Source: Mobula hypostoma (taxonomy: Eukaryota). Taken from it: a DNA stretch of 64,000 nt. Position numbers and translations under genes: made by a program. A model generated the notes under the pieces. The model made no database searches and was not told the origin of the DNA. It saw nothing but the letters and a program-made list of their open reading frames with translations. How positions within the stretch are numbered: the first letter of the stretch is position 1; every line of letters begins with the position of its first letter. The DNA lies in contig NC_086097.1 in NCBI RefSeq assembly GCF_963921235.1, positions 105,836,001-105,900,000 on the forward strand, read 5' to 3'. This document shows positions 1-13,886 of the stretch, one piece after another.

Positions 1-3000
1 ATACTACTTTTATGTCAAAGCATTGTATTCACTGAGAAAACAACTTTTTTGTCTTGCTGTGCAGAGGCATGAAACAACTTTCAAACTACTCATAATCATG
101 TGGGAAATTAACCTAAGTTGTTTCCACCAGGTTTGCAGTAAGTTCTTTGGAGTAAAACTCTAATGTATACTATTTGTTTTATCAAAGCATTGTATGCACT
201 GATAAAACTACTTTTTTGTCTTGCTGTACAGAGGCATCAAACAACGTTCAAAGAACTCCAAATCATGTGGGAAGTTAACTTAAAATTTTCCATCAGGTTT
301 GCAATCTGCACTTTGGTGTAAAATTGAACTGTATACTACTTGAATGTCAGAACATTGTATGCACTGAGAAAGCAACTTTTTCGTCTTGATGAGCAGAGTC
401 ATGAAACAACTTTCAAACTACTCAGTATCATGTGGGAAGTTAACCTTAGTTGTTTTCATTAGGTTTGCAGTCAGGACTATTGAGTACAATTGAAATGTAT
501 ACTACTTTTATGTCAAAGCATTGTATTCACTGAGAAATCAACTTATTTCTCTTTATGTGCAGAGGCGTGATACAACTTTCAGACATCTCAGAATCATGTG
601 GGAATTTAACCTAAGGTGTTTCCATTAGGTATGCAGTAAGTACTTTGGTGTGAAATGGAAATGTATACTATTTGTATTGTCAAAGCTTTGTATGCACTGA
701 GATAACAACTTTTTTTCTTGATGTGTGGAGGCATGAAACAACTTTCAAACTACTCATAATCATGTGGGAAGTTAACCTGAGTTGTTTCCATTAGGTTTGC
801 AGTAAGTACTTTGGTGTAAAATTGAAATGTATTGTCAAAGCTTTGTATGCACTGAGATAACAACTTTTTTGTCTTGATGTGTAGAGGCATGAAACAACTT
901 TCAGACATCTCAGAATCATGTGGGAAGTTAACCAAAGGTGTTTCCATCAGGTATGCAGTAAGTACTTTGGTGTAAACTTGAAATGTATACAACTTTATTG
1001 TCAGAATGTTGTATGCACTGAGAAAGCAACTTTTTTGTCTTGATGTGTAGAGGCATTAAACAACTTTAACACTACTCATAATCATGTGGGAAGTTAACTT
1101 AAAATGTTACCATCAGGTTTGCACTCTGCACTTTGGTGGAAAATTGAAATGTATACTACATGAATGTCAAAACATTGTACGCACTGAGAAAGCAACTTTA
1201 TTGTCTTGATGAGCAGAGTCATGAAACAACTTTCAAACTGTTCATAATCATGTGGGAAGTTAACCAAAGGTGTTTCCATTAGGTTTGCAGTAAGTCCTTT
1301 GGTGTAAAATTGAAATGTATACTATTTGTATTGTCAAAGCTTTGTATGACTGAGATAACAACTTTTTTGTCTTGATGTGTAGAGGCATGAAACAACTTTC
1401 AAACTACTCGTAATCATGTGGAAAGTTAACCTGAGGTGTTTCCATTAGGTTTGCATTCAGTACTTTGGTGTAAAATTGAAGTGCATACTAATTGTATTGT
1501 CAAAGCTTTGTACGCACTGAGATAACAACTTTTTTGTCTTGATGTGTAGAGGCATGGAAGAACTTTCAAACTGCTCATAATCATGTGGGAAGTTAACTTA
1601 AAATGATTCCATCAGGTTTGCACTCTGTACTTTGGTGGAAAATTGAAATGTATACTACTTCAATGTCAGAACATTGTACGCACTGAGAAAGCAACTTTTT
1701 TGTCTTGATGAGCTTTGTCATGAAACAACTTTCAAACTACTCATAATCATGTGGGAAGTTAACCAAAGGTGTTTCCATTAGGTTTGCAGTCAGGACTTCT
1801 CAGTACAATTGAAATGTACACTAGTTTCGACAAAGCATTGTATTCACTGAGAAATCAAGTTTTATGTCTTTATGTGCAGAGGCATGAAACAACTTTCAGA
1901 CATCTCAGAATCATGTGGGAAGTTAACCTAATGTGTTTCCATTAGGTTTGCAGTCAGTACATTGGGGTAAAATTGAAGTGCATACATATTGTATTGTCAA
2001 AGGTTTGTACGCACTGAGATAACAACTTGTTTGTCCTGATGTGTAGAGGCATGAAACAACTTTCAAACTACTCATAATCATGTGGGACGTTAACCTCAGG
2101 TGTTTCCATTAGGTTTGCAGTAAGTACTTAGGTGTAAAATTGAAGTACATACTAATTGTATTGTCAAAGCTTTACATAGAAACATAGAAAATAGGTGCAG
2201 GAGTAGGCCATTCGGCCCTTTGAGCCTGCACCGCTATTTATTATGATCATGGCTGATCATCCAACTCAGAACCCAGCCTTCCCTCCATACCCCCTGACCC
2301 CTGTAGCCACAAGGGCCATATCTAACTCCCTCTTAAACATAGCCAATGAACTGGCCTCAACAGTTTGCTGTGGCAGAGAATGCCACATATTCACCACTCT
2401 CTGTGTGAAGAAGTTTTTCCTAATCTCGGTCCTAAAAGGCTTCCCCTCTATCCTCAAACTGTGACCCCTCGTTCTGGACCTCCCCAACATCGGGAACAAT
2501 CTTCCCGCATCTAGCCTGTCCAATCCCTTTAGGATCTTATACGTTTCAATCAGATCCCCCTCAATCTTCTAAATTCCAACGAGTACAAGCCCAGTTCATC
2601 CAGTCTTTCTTCATTGAAAGACCTGACATCCCAGGAATCAAACTGGTGAACCTTCTTTGTACTCCCTCTATGGCAAAGATGTCTTTCCTCAGATTAGGGG
2701 ACCAAAACTGCACACAATACTCCAGGTGTGGTCTCACCAAGGCCTTGTACAACTGCAGTAGTACCTCCCTGCTCCTGTACTCGAATCCTCTCGCTATAAA
2801 TGCCAGCATACCATTCGCCTTTTTCACCGCCTGCTGTACCTGCATGCCCACTTTCAATGACTGGTGTATAATGACACCCAGGTCTCGTTGCACCTCCCCT
2901 TTTCCGAATCGGCCACCATTCAGATAATAATCTGTTTTCCTATTTTTGCCACCAAAATGGATAACTTCACATTTATCCACATTAAATTGCATCTCCCATG

Positions 3001-6000
3001 AGTTTGCCCCCTCACCCAACCTATCCAAGTCACCCTGCATCCTCTTAGCATCCTCCTCACTGCTAACACTGCCACCCAGCTTCGTGTCATCCGCAAACTT
3101 GGAGATGCTGCATTTAATTCCCTCATCCAAGTCATTAATATATATTGTAAACAACTGGGGTCCCAGCACTGAGCCTTGCGGTACCCCACTAGTCACCGCC
3201 TGCCATTCTGAAAAGGTCCCGTTTATTCTCACACTTTGCTTCCTGTCTGCTAACCAATTCTCCACCCACACCAATATCTGAGATAACAACGTTTTTGTCT
3301 TGATGTGTAGAGGCATGAAGCAACTTTCAAACTACTCATAATCATTTGGGAAGTTAACTTAAAATGTTTCCATCAGGTTTGCACTCTGCACTTTGGTGGA
3401 AAATTGAAATGTATGCTACTTGAATGTCAGAACATTGTACGCACTGAGAAAGCAACTTTTTTGTCTTGATGAGCAGAGTCATGAAACAACTTTCAAAGTA
3501 CTCATAATCATGTGGGAAGTTAACCAAAGGTGTTTCCATGAGGTTTGCAGTCAGGACTTTGGAGTCAATTGAAATGTATACTACTTTTGCCAAAGCATTT
3601 TATTCACTGAGAAATCAAATTTTATGCCTTTATGTGCAGAGGCATGAGACAACTTTCAGACATCTCAGAATCATGTGGGAAGTTAACCTAATGTGTTTCC
3701 ATTAGGTTTGTAGTCAGTACTTTGGTGTAAAATTGAAGTGCATACTAATTGTATTGTCAAAGCTTTGTACGCACTGAGATAACAACTTTTTTGTCTTGAT
3801 TTTTAGAGGGATGAAACAACTTTCAAACTACTCATAATCATGTCAGAAGTTAACTTAAAATGTTTCCATCAGGTTTGCACTCTGCACTTTGATGTAAAAT
3901 TGAAATGTATACTACTTGAATGTCAGAACATTGTATGCACTGAGACAGCAACTTTTTTCTCTTGTTGAGCAGAGGCATGAAACAACTTTCAAAGAACTCA
4001 GAATCATGTGGGAACGTAACTTAAAATGCTTCCATCAGGTTTGCACTCTGCACTTGTAAAATTGAAATGTACACTATTTGTATTGTCAAAGCTTTGTATG
4101 CACTGAGATAACAACTTTTTTGTCTTGATGTGTAGAGGCATGAAACAACTTTCAGACATCTCAGAATCACGTGGGAAGTTAACCTAAGGTGTTTCCATCA
4201 GGTTTGCAGTAAGTACTTTGGTGTAAAATTGAAGTGCATACTAATTGTATTGTCAAAGCTTTGAACGCACTCAGGTAACAACTTTTTTGTCTTGATGTGC
4301 AGAGGCATGAAACAACTTTCAAACTACTCATAATCATGTGGGAAGTTAACTTACAGTGTTTCCATCAGCTTTGCACTCTGTACTTTGGTGGAAAATTGAA
4401 ATGTATACTACTTCAATGTCGGAACATTGTATGCACTGAGAAAGCAATTTTTTTGTCTTGATGAGCAGAGTCATGAAACAACTTTCAAACTATTTATAAT
4501 CATGTGGGAAGTTATCAAAGGTGTTTCCATTAGGTTTGCACTCAGGACTTTTGAGTACAATTGAAATGCATACTACTTTTATGTCAAAGCATTGTATTCA
4601 CTGAGAAAACAACTTTTTTGTCTTGCTGTGCAGAGGCATGAAACAACTTTCAAACTACTCATAATCATGTGGGAAATTAACCTAAGTTGTTTCCACCAGG
4701 TTTGCAGTAAGTTCTTTGGAGTAAAACTCTAATGTATACTATTTGTTTTATCAAAGCATTGTATGCACTGATAAAACTACTTTTTTGTCTTGCTGTACAG
4801 AGGCATCAAACAACTTTCAAAGAACTCCAAATCATGTGGGAAGTTAACTTAAAATGTTTCCATCAGGTTTGCAATCTGCACTTTGGTGTAAAATTGAACT
4901 GTATACTACTTGAATGTCAGAACATTGTATGCACTGAGAAAGCAACTTTTTCGTCTTGATGAGCAGAGTCATGAAACAACTTTCAAACTACTCAGTGTCA
5001 TGTGGGAAGTTAACCTTAGTTGTTTTCATTAGGTTTGCAGTCAGGACTATTGAGTACAATTGAAATGTATACTACTTTTATGTCAAAGCATTGTATTCAC
5101 TGAGAAATCAACTTATTTCTCTTTATGTGCAGAGGCATGATACAACTTTCAGACATCTCAGAATCATGTGGGAAGTTAACCTAAGGCGTTTCCATTTGGT
5201 CTGAAGTCAGTACTTTGGTGTAAAATTGAAATGTATACTATTTGTATTGTCAAAGCTTTGTATGCACTGAGATAACAACTTTTTTGTCTTGATGTGTAGA
5301 GGCATGAAACAACTTTCAAACTACTCATAATCATGTGGGAAGTTAACCTGAGTTGTTTCCATTAGGTTTGCAGTAAGTACTTTGGTGTAAAATTGAAATG
5401 TATACTATTTGTATTGTCAAAGCCTTGTATGCACTGAGATAACAACTTTTTTGTCTTGATGTGTAGAGGCATGAAACAACTTTCAGACATCTCAGAATCA
5501 TGTGGGAAGTTAACCAAAGGTGTTTCCATCAGGTATGCAGTAAGTACTTTGGTGTAAACTTGAAATGTATACAACTTTAATGTCAGAACTTTGTATGCAC
5601 TGAGAAAGCAACTTTTTTGTCTTGATGTATAGAGGCATGAAACAACTTTAAAACTACTCATAATTATGTGGGAAGTTAACTTAAAATGTTTCCATCAGGT
5701 TTGCACTCTGCACTTTGGTGAAAAATTGAAATGTATACTACTTGAAAGTCAAAACATTGTATGCACTGAGAAAGCAATTTTTTTGTCTTGATGAGCAGAG
5801 TCATGAAACAACTTTCAAACTACTTATAATCATGTGGGAAATTATCAAAGGTGTTTCCATTAGGTTTGCACTCAGGACTTTTGAGTGCAATTGAAATGCA
5901 TACTACTTTTATGTCAAAGCATTATATTCACTGAGAAAACAACTTTTTTGTCTTGCTGTGCAGAGGCATGAAACAACTTTCAAACTACTCATAATCATGT

Positions 6001-9000
6001 GGGAAATTAACCTAAGTTGTTTCCATCAGGTTTGCAGTAAGTTCTTTGGAGTAAAACTCTAATGTATACTATTTGTTTTGTCAAAGCATTGTATGCACTG
6101 AGAAAACTACTTTCTTGTCATGCTGTACAGAGGCATGAAACAACTTTCAAAGAACTCAGAATCATGTGGGAAGCTAGCCTAAGGTGTTTCCATTAGGTAT
6201 GCAGTAAGTAGGTTAGTGTAAAATGGAAATGTATACTATTTGTATTGTCAAAGCTTTGTGTGCACTGAGATAACAACTTTTTTGTCTTGATGTGTAGAGG
6301 AATGAAACAACTTTCAAACTACTCATAATCATGTGGGAAGTTAGCCTGAGCTGTTTCCATTAGGTTTGCAGTAAGTACTTTGGTGTAAAATTGAAATGTA
6401 TTGTCAAAGCTTTGTATGCACTGAGATAACAACTTTTTTGTCTTGATGTGTAGAGGCATGAAACAACTTTCAGACATCTCAGTATCATGTGGGAAGTTAA
6501 CCAAAGGTGTTTCCATTAGGTTTGCAGTAAGTACTATGGAGTAAAATTGAAATGTATACTATTTGTATTGTCCAACCTTTGTTATCACTGAGATAACAAC
6601 TTTTTTGTCTTGATGAGTGGAGGCATGAAACAACTTTCAAACTACTCATAATCATGTGGGAAGTTAACCAAAGGTGTTTCCATTAGATTTGCAGTAAGTA
6701 CTTTGGTGTAAAATTGAAATGTATACTATTTGTATTGTCAAAGCTTTGTATGACTGAGATAACAACTTTTTTGTCTTGATGCGTGGAGGCATGAAACAAC
6801 TTTCAAACTACTCATAATCATGTGGAAAGTTAACCTGAGGTGTTTCCATTAGGTTTGCACTCTGCACTTTGATGTAAAATTGAAATGTATACTACTTGAA
6901 TGTCAGAACATTGTCCGCACTGAGAAAGCAACTTTTTTGTCTTGATGAGCAGAGTCATGAAACAACTTTCAAACTACTCATAATCATGTGGGAAGTTAAC
7001 CAAAGGTGTTTCCATTAGGTTTGCAGTCAGTACTTTGGGGTAAAATTGAAGTACATACTAATTGTATTGTCAAAGGTTTGTACGCACTGAGATAACAATT
7101 TTTTTGTCCTGATGTGTAGAGGCATGAAACAACTTTCAAACTACTCATAATCATGTGGGAAGTTAACCAAAGGTGTTTTCGTTAGGTTTGCATTCAGTAC
7201 TTTGGTGTAAAATTGAAGTGCATACTAATTGTATTGTCAAAGCTTTGTTCGCATTGAGATAACAACTTCTTTGTCTTGATGTGTAGAGGTATGAAGCAAC
7301 TTTCAAACTACTCATAATCATTTGGGAAGTTAACTTAAAATGTTTCCATCAGGTTTACACTCTGCACTTCGGTGGAAAATTGAAATGTATACTACTTGAA
7401 TGTCAGAAGATTGTACACACTGAGAAAGCAACTTTTTTGTCTTGATGAGCAGAGTCATGAAACAACTTTCAAAGTACTCATAATCATGTGGGAAGTTAAC
7501 CAAAGGTGTTTCCATGAGGTTTGCAGTTAGGACTTTGGAGTACAATTGAAATGTATACTACTTTTGCCAAAGCATTTTATTCACTGAGAAATCAAATTTT
7601 ATGTCTTTATGTGCAGAGGCATGAGACAACTTTCAGACATCTCAGAATCATGTGGGAAGTTAACCTAATGTGTTTCCATTAGGTTTGCAGTCAGTACTTT
7701 GGTGTAAAATTGAAGTGCATACTAATTGTATTGTCAAAGCTTTGTATGCACTGAGATAACAACTTTTTTGTCTTGATTTGTAGAGGCATGAAACAACTTT
7801 CAAACTACTCATAATCATGTCAGAAGTTAACTTAAAATGTTTCCATCAGGTTTGCACTCTGCACTTTGATGTAAAATTGAAATGTATTCTACTTGAATGT
7901 CAGAACATTGTATGCACTGAGAAAGCAACTTTTTTGTCTTGATGAGCAGAGGCATGAAACAACTTGGGAATCATGTGGGAAAGTAACTTAAAATGCTTCC
8001 ATCAGGATTTCACTCTGCACTTTGGTTTAAAATTGAAATATATACTATTTGTATTGTCAAAGCTTTGTATGCACTGCGATAACAACTGTTTTGTCTTGAT
8101 GTGTAGAGGCATGAAACCACTTTCAGACATCTCAGAATCATTTGGGAAGTTAACCTAAGGCGTTTCCATTAGGTTTGCAGTAAGTAGTTTGGAATAAAAT
8201 TGAAATGTATACTACTTGTATTGTCAAAGGTTTGTATGCACTGAGACAACAACTTTTTGGTCTAGATGTGCAGAGGCATGAAACAGATTTTAAACTACTC
8301 ATAATCATGTGGGAAGTTAACCTGAGGTGTTTCCATTAGGTTTGCAGTAAGTACTTTGGTGTAAAATTGAAATGTATACTACTTGTACTGTCAAAGCTTT
8401 GTATGCACTGAGGTAACAACTTTTTTGTCTTGTGTGCAGAGGCATGAAACAACTTTCAAAGCACTCAGAATCATGTGGGAAGTTACCCTAAAATGTTTCC
8501 ATCAGGTTTGCACTCTGTACTTTGGTGGAAAATTGAAATGTATACTACTTGAATGTCAGAACATTGCATGCACTGAGAAATCAACTTTTTTGTCTGGATG
8601 AGGAGAGTCATGAAACAACTTTCAAACTACTCATAATCATGTGGGAAGTTAACCAAAGGTGTTTCCATTAGGTTTTCAGTCTAGACTTTTGAGTACAATT
8701 GAAATGTATACTACTTTTGCCAAAGCATTTTATTCACTGAGAAATCATATTTTATGTCTTTATGTGCAGAGGCATGAGACAACTTTCAGACATCTCAGAA
8801 TTATGTGGGAAGTTAACCTAATGTGTTTCCATTAGGTTTACAGTCAGTACTTTGGTGTAAAATTGAAGTGCATACTAATTGTATTGTCAAAGCTTTGTAC
8901 GCACTGAGATAACAACTTTTTTGTCTTGATTTGTAGAGGGATGAAACAACTTTCAAACTACTCATTATCATGTCAGAAGTTAACTTAAAATGTTTCCATC

Positions 9001-12000
9001 AGGTTTGCACTCTGCACTTTGATGTAAAATTGAAATGTATACTACTTGAATGTCAGAACATTGTATGCACTGAGAAAGCAACTTTTTTGTCTTGATGAGC
9101 AGAGGCATGAAACGACTTTCAAAGAATTCAGAATCATGTGGGAAGGTAACTTAAAATGCTTTCATCAGGTTTGCACTCTGCACTTTGGTGTAAAATTGAA
9201 ATTTATACTGTTTGTATTGTCAAAGCTTTGTATGCACTGAGATAACAACTTTTTTGTCTTGATGTGTAGAGGCATGAAATAACTTTCAGACATCTCAGAA
9301 TAACGTGGGAAGTTAACCTAACGTGTTTCCATCAGGTTTGCAGTAAGTACTTTGGTGTAAAATTGAAGTGCATACTAATTGTATTGTCAAAGCTTTGAAC
9401 GCACTCAGATAACAACTTTTTTGTCTTCATGTGCAGAGGCATGAAACAACTTTCAAACTGCTCATAATTATGTGGGAAGTTAACTTGCAGTGTTTCCATC
9501 AGGTTTGCACTCTGTACTTTGGTGGAAAATTGAAATGTATACTACTTCAATGTCGGAACATTGTATGCACTGAGAAAGCAACTTTTTTGTCTTGATGTGT
9601 AGCGGCATGAAACAACTTTCAAACTACTCATAATCATGTGGGAAATTAACCTAAATTGTTTCCATTAGGTTTGCAGTAAGTTCTTTGGAGTAAAGCTCTA
9701 ATGTATACTATTTGTATTGTCAAAGCATTGTATGCACTGAGAAAACTACTTTTTTGTCTTGCTGTACAGAGGCATGAAACAACTTTCAAAGAACTCAGAA
9801 TCATGTGGGAAGTTAACTTACAGTGTTTCCATCAGGTTTGCACTCTATACTTTGGTGGAAAATTGAAATGTATACTACTTCAATGTCGGAACATTGTATG
9901 CACTGAGAAAGCAACTTTTTGTCTTGATGAGCAGAGTCATGAAACAACTTTCAAACTACTCATAATCATGTGGGAAGTTAACCAAAGGTGTTTCCATTAG
10001 GTTTGCAGTAAGTACTTTGGTGTAAAATTGAAATGTATACTATTTGTATTGTCAAAGCTTTGTATGCACTGAGATAACAACTTTTTTGTCTTGATGTGTA
10101 GAGGCATGAAACAACTTTCAAACTGCTCATAATCATGTGGGAGGTTAACTTGAAATGTTTCCATCAGGTTTGCACTCTGCACTTTGGTGGAATTGAAATG
10201 TATACTACTTGAATGTCAGAACATTGTACGCACTGAGAAAGCAACTTTTTTGTCTTCATGAGCAGAGTCATGAAACAACTTTCAAACTACTCATAATCAT
10301 GTGGGACGTTAACCAAAGGTGTTTCCATTAGGTTTGCAGTCAGGACTTTTCAGTACAATTGAAATTTACACTACTTTTGCCAAAGCATTGTATTCACTGA
10401 GAAATCAAGTTTTATGTCTTTATGTGCAGAGGCATGAAACAACTTTCAGACATCTCAGAATCGTGTGGGAAGTTAACCTAATGTGTTTCCATTAGGGTTG
10501 CAGTCAGTACTTTGAGGTAAAATTGAAGTGCATACTAATTGTTTTGTCAAAGGTTTGTACGCACTGAGATAACAACTTTTTTGTCCTGATGTGTAGAGGC
10601 ATGAAACAACTTTCAAACTACTCATAATCATGTGGGACGTTAACCTGAGGTGTTTCCATTATGTTTGCAGTAAGTACTTAGGTGTAAAATTGAAGTGCAT
10701 ACTAATTGTATTGTCAAAGGTTTGTACGCACTGAGATAACAACTTTTTTGTCTTGATTTTTAGAGGGATGAAACAACTTTCAAACTACTCATAATCATGT
10801 CAGAAGTTAACTTAAAATGTTTCCATCAGGTTTGCACTCTGCACTTTGATGTAAAATTGAAATGTATACTACTTTAATGTCAGAACATTGTATGCACTGA
10901 GAAAGCAACCTTTTTGTCTTGATGAGCAGAGGCATGAAAGGACTTTCAAAGAACACAGAATCATGTGGGTAGGTAACTTAAAATGCTTCCATCAGGTTTG
11001 CACTCTGCACTTTGGTGTAAAATTGAAATGTATACTATTTGTATTGTCAAAGCTATGTATGCACTGAGATAACAACTTTTTTGTCTTGATGTGTAGAGGG
11101 ATGAAACAAATTTCAGACATTTCAAATCATGTGGGAAGTTAACCTAAGGTGTTTCCATCAGGTTTGCAGTAAGTACTTTGGTGTAAAATTGAAGTGCATA
11201 CTAATTGTATTATCAAAGCTTTGAACGCTCTCAGATAACTACGTTTTTCTCTTGATGTGCAGAGGCATGAAACAACTTTCAAACTACTCATAATCATGTG
11301 GGAAGTTAACTTACAGTGTTTCCATCAGGTTTGCACTCTGTACTTTGGTGGAAAATTGAAATGTATACTACTTCAATGTCGGAACATTGTATGCACTGAG
11401 AAAGCAACTTTTTTGTCTTGATGAGCAGAGTCATGAAACAACTTTAAAACTACTTATTTTCATGTGGGAAGTTATCAAAGGTGTTTCCATTAGGTTTGCA
11501 CTCAGGACTTTTGAGTACAATTGAAATGCAGACTACTTTTATGTCAAAGGATTGTATTCACTAAGAAAACAACTTTTTTGTCTTGCTGTGCAGAGGCATG
11601 AAACAACTTTCAAACTACTCATAATCATGTGGGAAATTAACCTAAATTGTTTCCATTAGGTTTGCAGTAAGTTCTTTGGAGTAAAGCTCTAACGTATACT
11701 ATTTGTATTGTCAAAGCATTGTATGCACTGAGAGAACTACTTTTTTGTCTTGCTGTACAGAGGCATGAAACAACTTTCAAAGAACTCAGAATCATGTGGG
11801 AAGTTAACTTAAAATGTTTCCATTAGGTTTGCACTCTGCACTTCGGTGGAAAATTGAACTGTATACTACTTGAATGTCAGAACATTGTATGCACTGAGAA
11901 AGCAACTTTTTCGTCTTGATGAGCAGAGTCATGAAACAACTTTCAAACTAGTCAGTATCATGTGGGAAGTTAACCTCAGTTGTTTTCATTAGGTTTGCAG

Positions 12001-13177
12001 TCAGGACTATTGAGTACAATTGAAATGTATACAACTTTAATGTCAGAACTTTGTATGCACTGAGAAAGCAACTGTTTTGTCTGGATGTGTAGAGGCATGA
12101 AACAACTTTAAAACTACTCATAATCATGTGGGAAGTTAACCAAAGGTGTTTCCATTAGGTTTGCAGTCAGGACTTTTCAGTACAATTGAAATGTACACTA
12201 CTTTTGCCACAGCATTGTATTCACTGAGATATCAAGTTTTATGTCTTTATGTGCAGAGGCATGATACAACTTTCAGACATCTCAGGATCATGTGGGAAGT
12301 CAACCTAATGTTTTTCCATTAGGTTTGCAGTCAGTACTTTGGGGTAAAATTGAAGTACATACTGATTGTATTGTCAAATGTTTGTACGCACTGAGATAAC
12401 AACTTTTTTGTCCTGATGTGTAGAGGCATGAAACAACTTTCAAACTACTCATAATCATGTGGGAAGTTAACCTGAGGTGTTTCCATTAGGTTTGCTGTAA
12501 GTACTTAGGTGTAAAATTGAAGTGCATACTAATTGTATTGTCAAAGCTTTGTTCGCACTGAGATAACAACTTTTTTGTCTTGATGTGTAGAGGTATGAAG
12601 CAACTTTCAAACTACTCATAATCATTTGGGAATTTTACTTAAAATGTTTCCATCAGGTTTGCACTCTACACTTTGGTGGAAAATTGAAATGTATACTACT
12701 TGAATGTCAGAACATTGTATGCACTGAGAAAGCAACTTTTTTGTCTGCATGAGTAGAGTCATGAAACAACTTTCAAAGTACTCATAATCATGTGGGAAGT
12801 TAACCTAGGGTGTTTCCATTAGGTTTGCAGTAAGTACTTTGGTGTCAAATTGAAATGTATACTATTTGTATTGTCAAAGCTTTGTATGCACTGAGAAAAC
12901 AACTTTTTTGTGTTTATGTGCAGAGGCATGAAACAACTTTCATACTACTCATAATCATGTGGGAAGTTAACTTAAAAGGTTTCCATCAGATTTGCGCTCT
13001 GCACTTTGGCGTAAAATTGAAATGCATACTACTTGAATGTCAGAACATTGTATGCACTGAGAAAGCAACTTTGTTGTCTTGATGAGCAGAGTCATGAAAC
13101 AACTTTCAAACTACTCATAATCATGTGGGAAGTTAACCAACTGTGTTTCCACTAGTTTGCAGTCAGGACTTTTGAGT
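1..13177 (+). repeat. Satellite array, subfamily A, ~166-167-bp monomer (roughly 70 monomers); runs off the left edge of the window; interrupted by a CR1 at 2174-3276
   Basis: The anchor ACTGA recurs at 31, 198, 363, 529 and 696 (period 165-167). Typical monomer: actgagataacaacttttttgtcttgatgtgtagaggcatgaaacaactttcaaactactcataatcatgtgggaagttaacctaaggtgtttccattaggtttgcagtaagtactttggtgtaaaattgaaatgtatactatttgtattgtcaaagctttgtatgc. Confidence 0.97.
2174..3276 (-). mobile_element. CR1-clade non-LTR retrotransposon (HER1-like), 5'-truncated, copy 1; ORF2 frameshifted
   Basis: Minus-strand ORFs carry the RT motifs GVPQGSVLGP and FADD and a CR1 C-terminus (RTRGHSL...FFTQRVV). The 3' UTR and a (TTTCTATG)-type tail end at 2174. 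Near-identical to 14335-15440, with a 1-bp deletion at ~2615 relative to that copy. Confidence 0.96.
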
Positions 13178-13886
13178 TCGCAAACATCTCAGAATCATTC
13201 ATGGAATATGTTAAGATGTTTGCATCAGGTTTGCCGTCAGTGCATTTGAGTAAAATGGAAATGTATACTTGATTCAATGACAATGCTCTGCATGCACTGA
13301 GAAATCAACTTTTTTATCTTGAATACCTGAGTGATATAACAGGTGTCAAACATCCCAGGATCAGGTGGGGAGTAATGTTAAGATGTTTCCATAAGGTTTG
13401 CAGTCAATACTTTAGAGTAAAATTGAAATATTTACTTTTAGTGCCAATGCACTGCATGCATTGAGAAATCAACTTTTTTTGTCTTGAATAGCTGACTGAT
13501 ATAACAGGTGTCAAACATCATAGGATCATGTGGGGGGTTATATTAACATGTTTCCATAAGGTTTGCAGTCAGTACCTTTGAGTAAAATTAAAATGTATAC
13601 TTGATTCAATGCCAAAGCTCTGCATGCACTGAGAATTCAACTTTTAAATCTTGAATACCTGAGTGATATAACAGGTGTCAAACATCTCAGGATCATGTGG
13701 GGAATTATGTTAAGATGTTTCCATTAGGTTTGCAGTTAGTACTATTGAGTAAAATTGAAATATATACAACTTTTAATGCCATACCATTGTCTGCACAGAG
13801 ATATCAACTTTTTAATCTTTAATACCTGAGTGATATAACAGGTGTCAAACATCTCAGGATAATGTGGGGAGTTATGTTAAGATGTT

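Noticed and set aside
2561..3316. 251-aa satellite-CR1 fusion ORF (MPLHIKTK...)
   Set aside because: Accidental read-through from satellite into a truncated RT that lacks the N-terminal motifs and is frameshifted near 2615.
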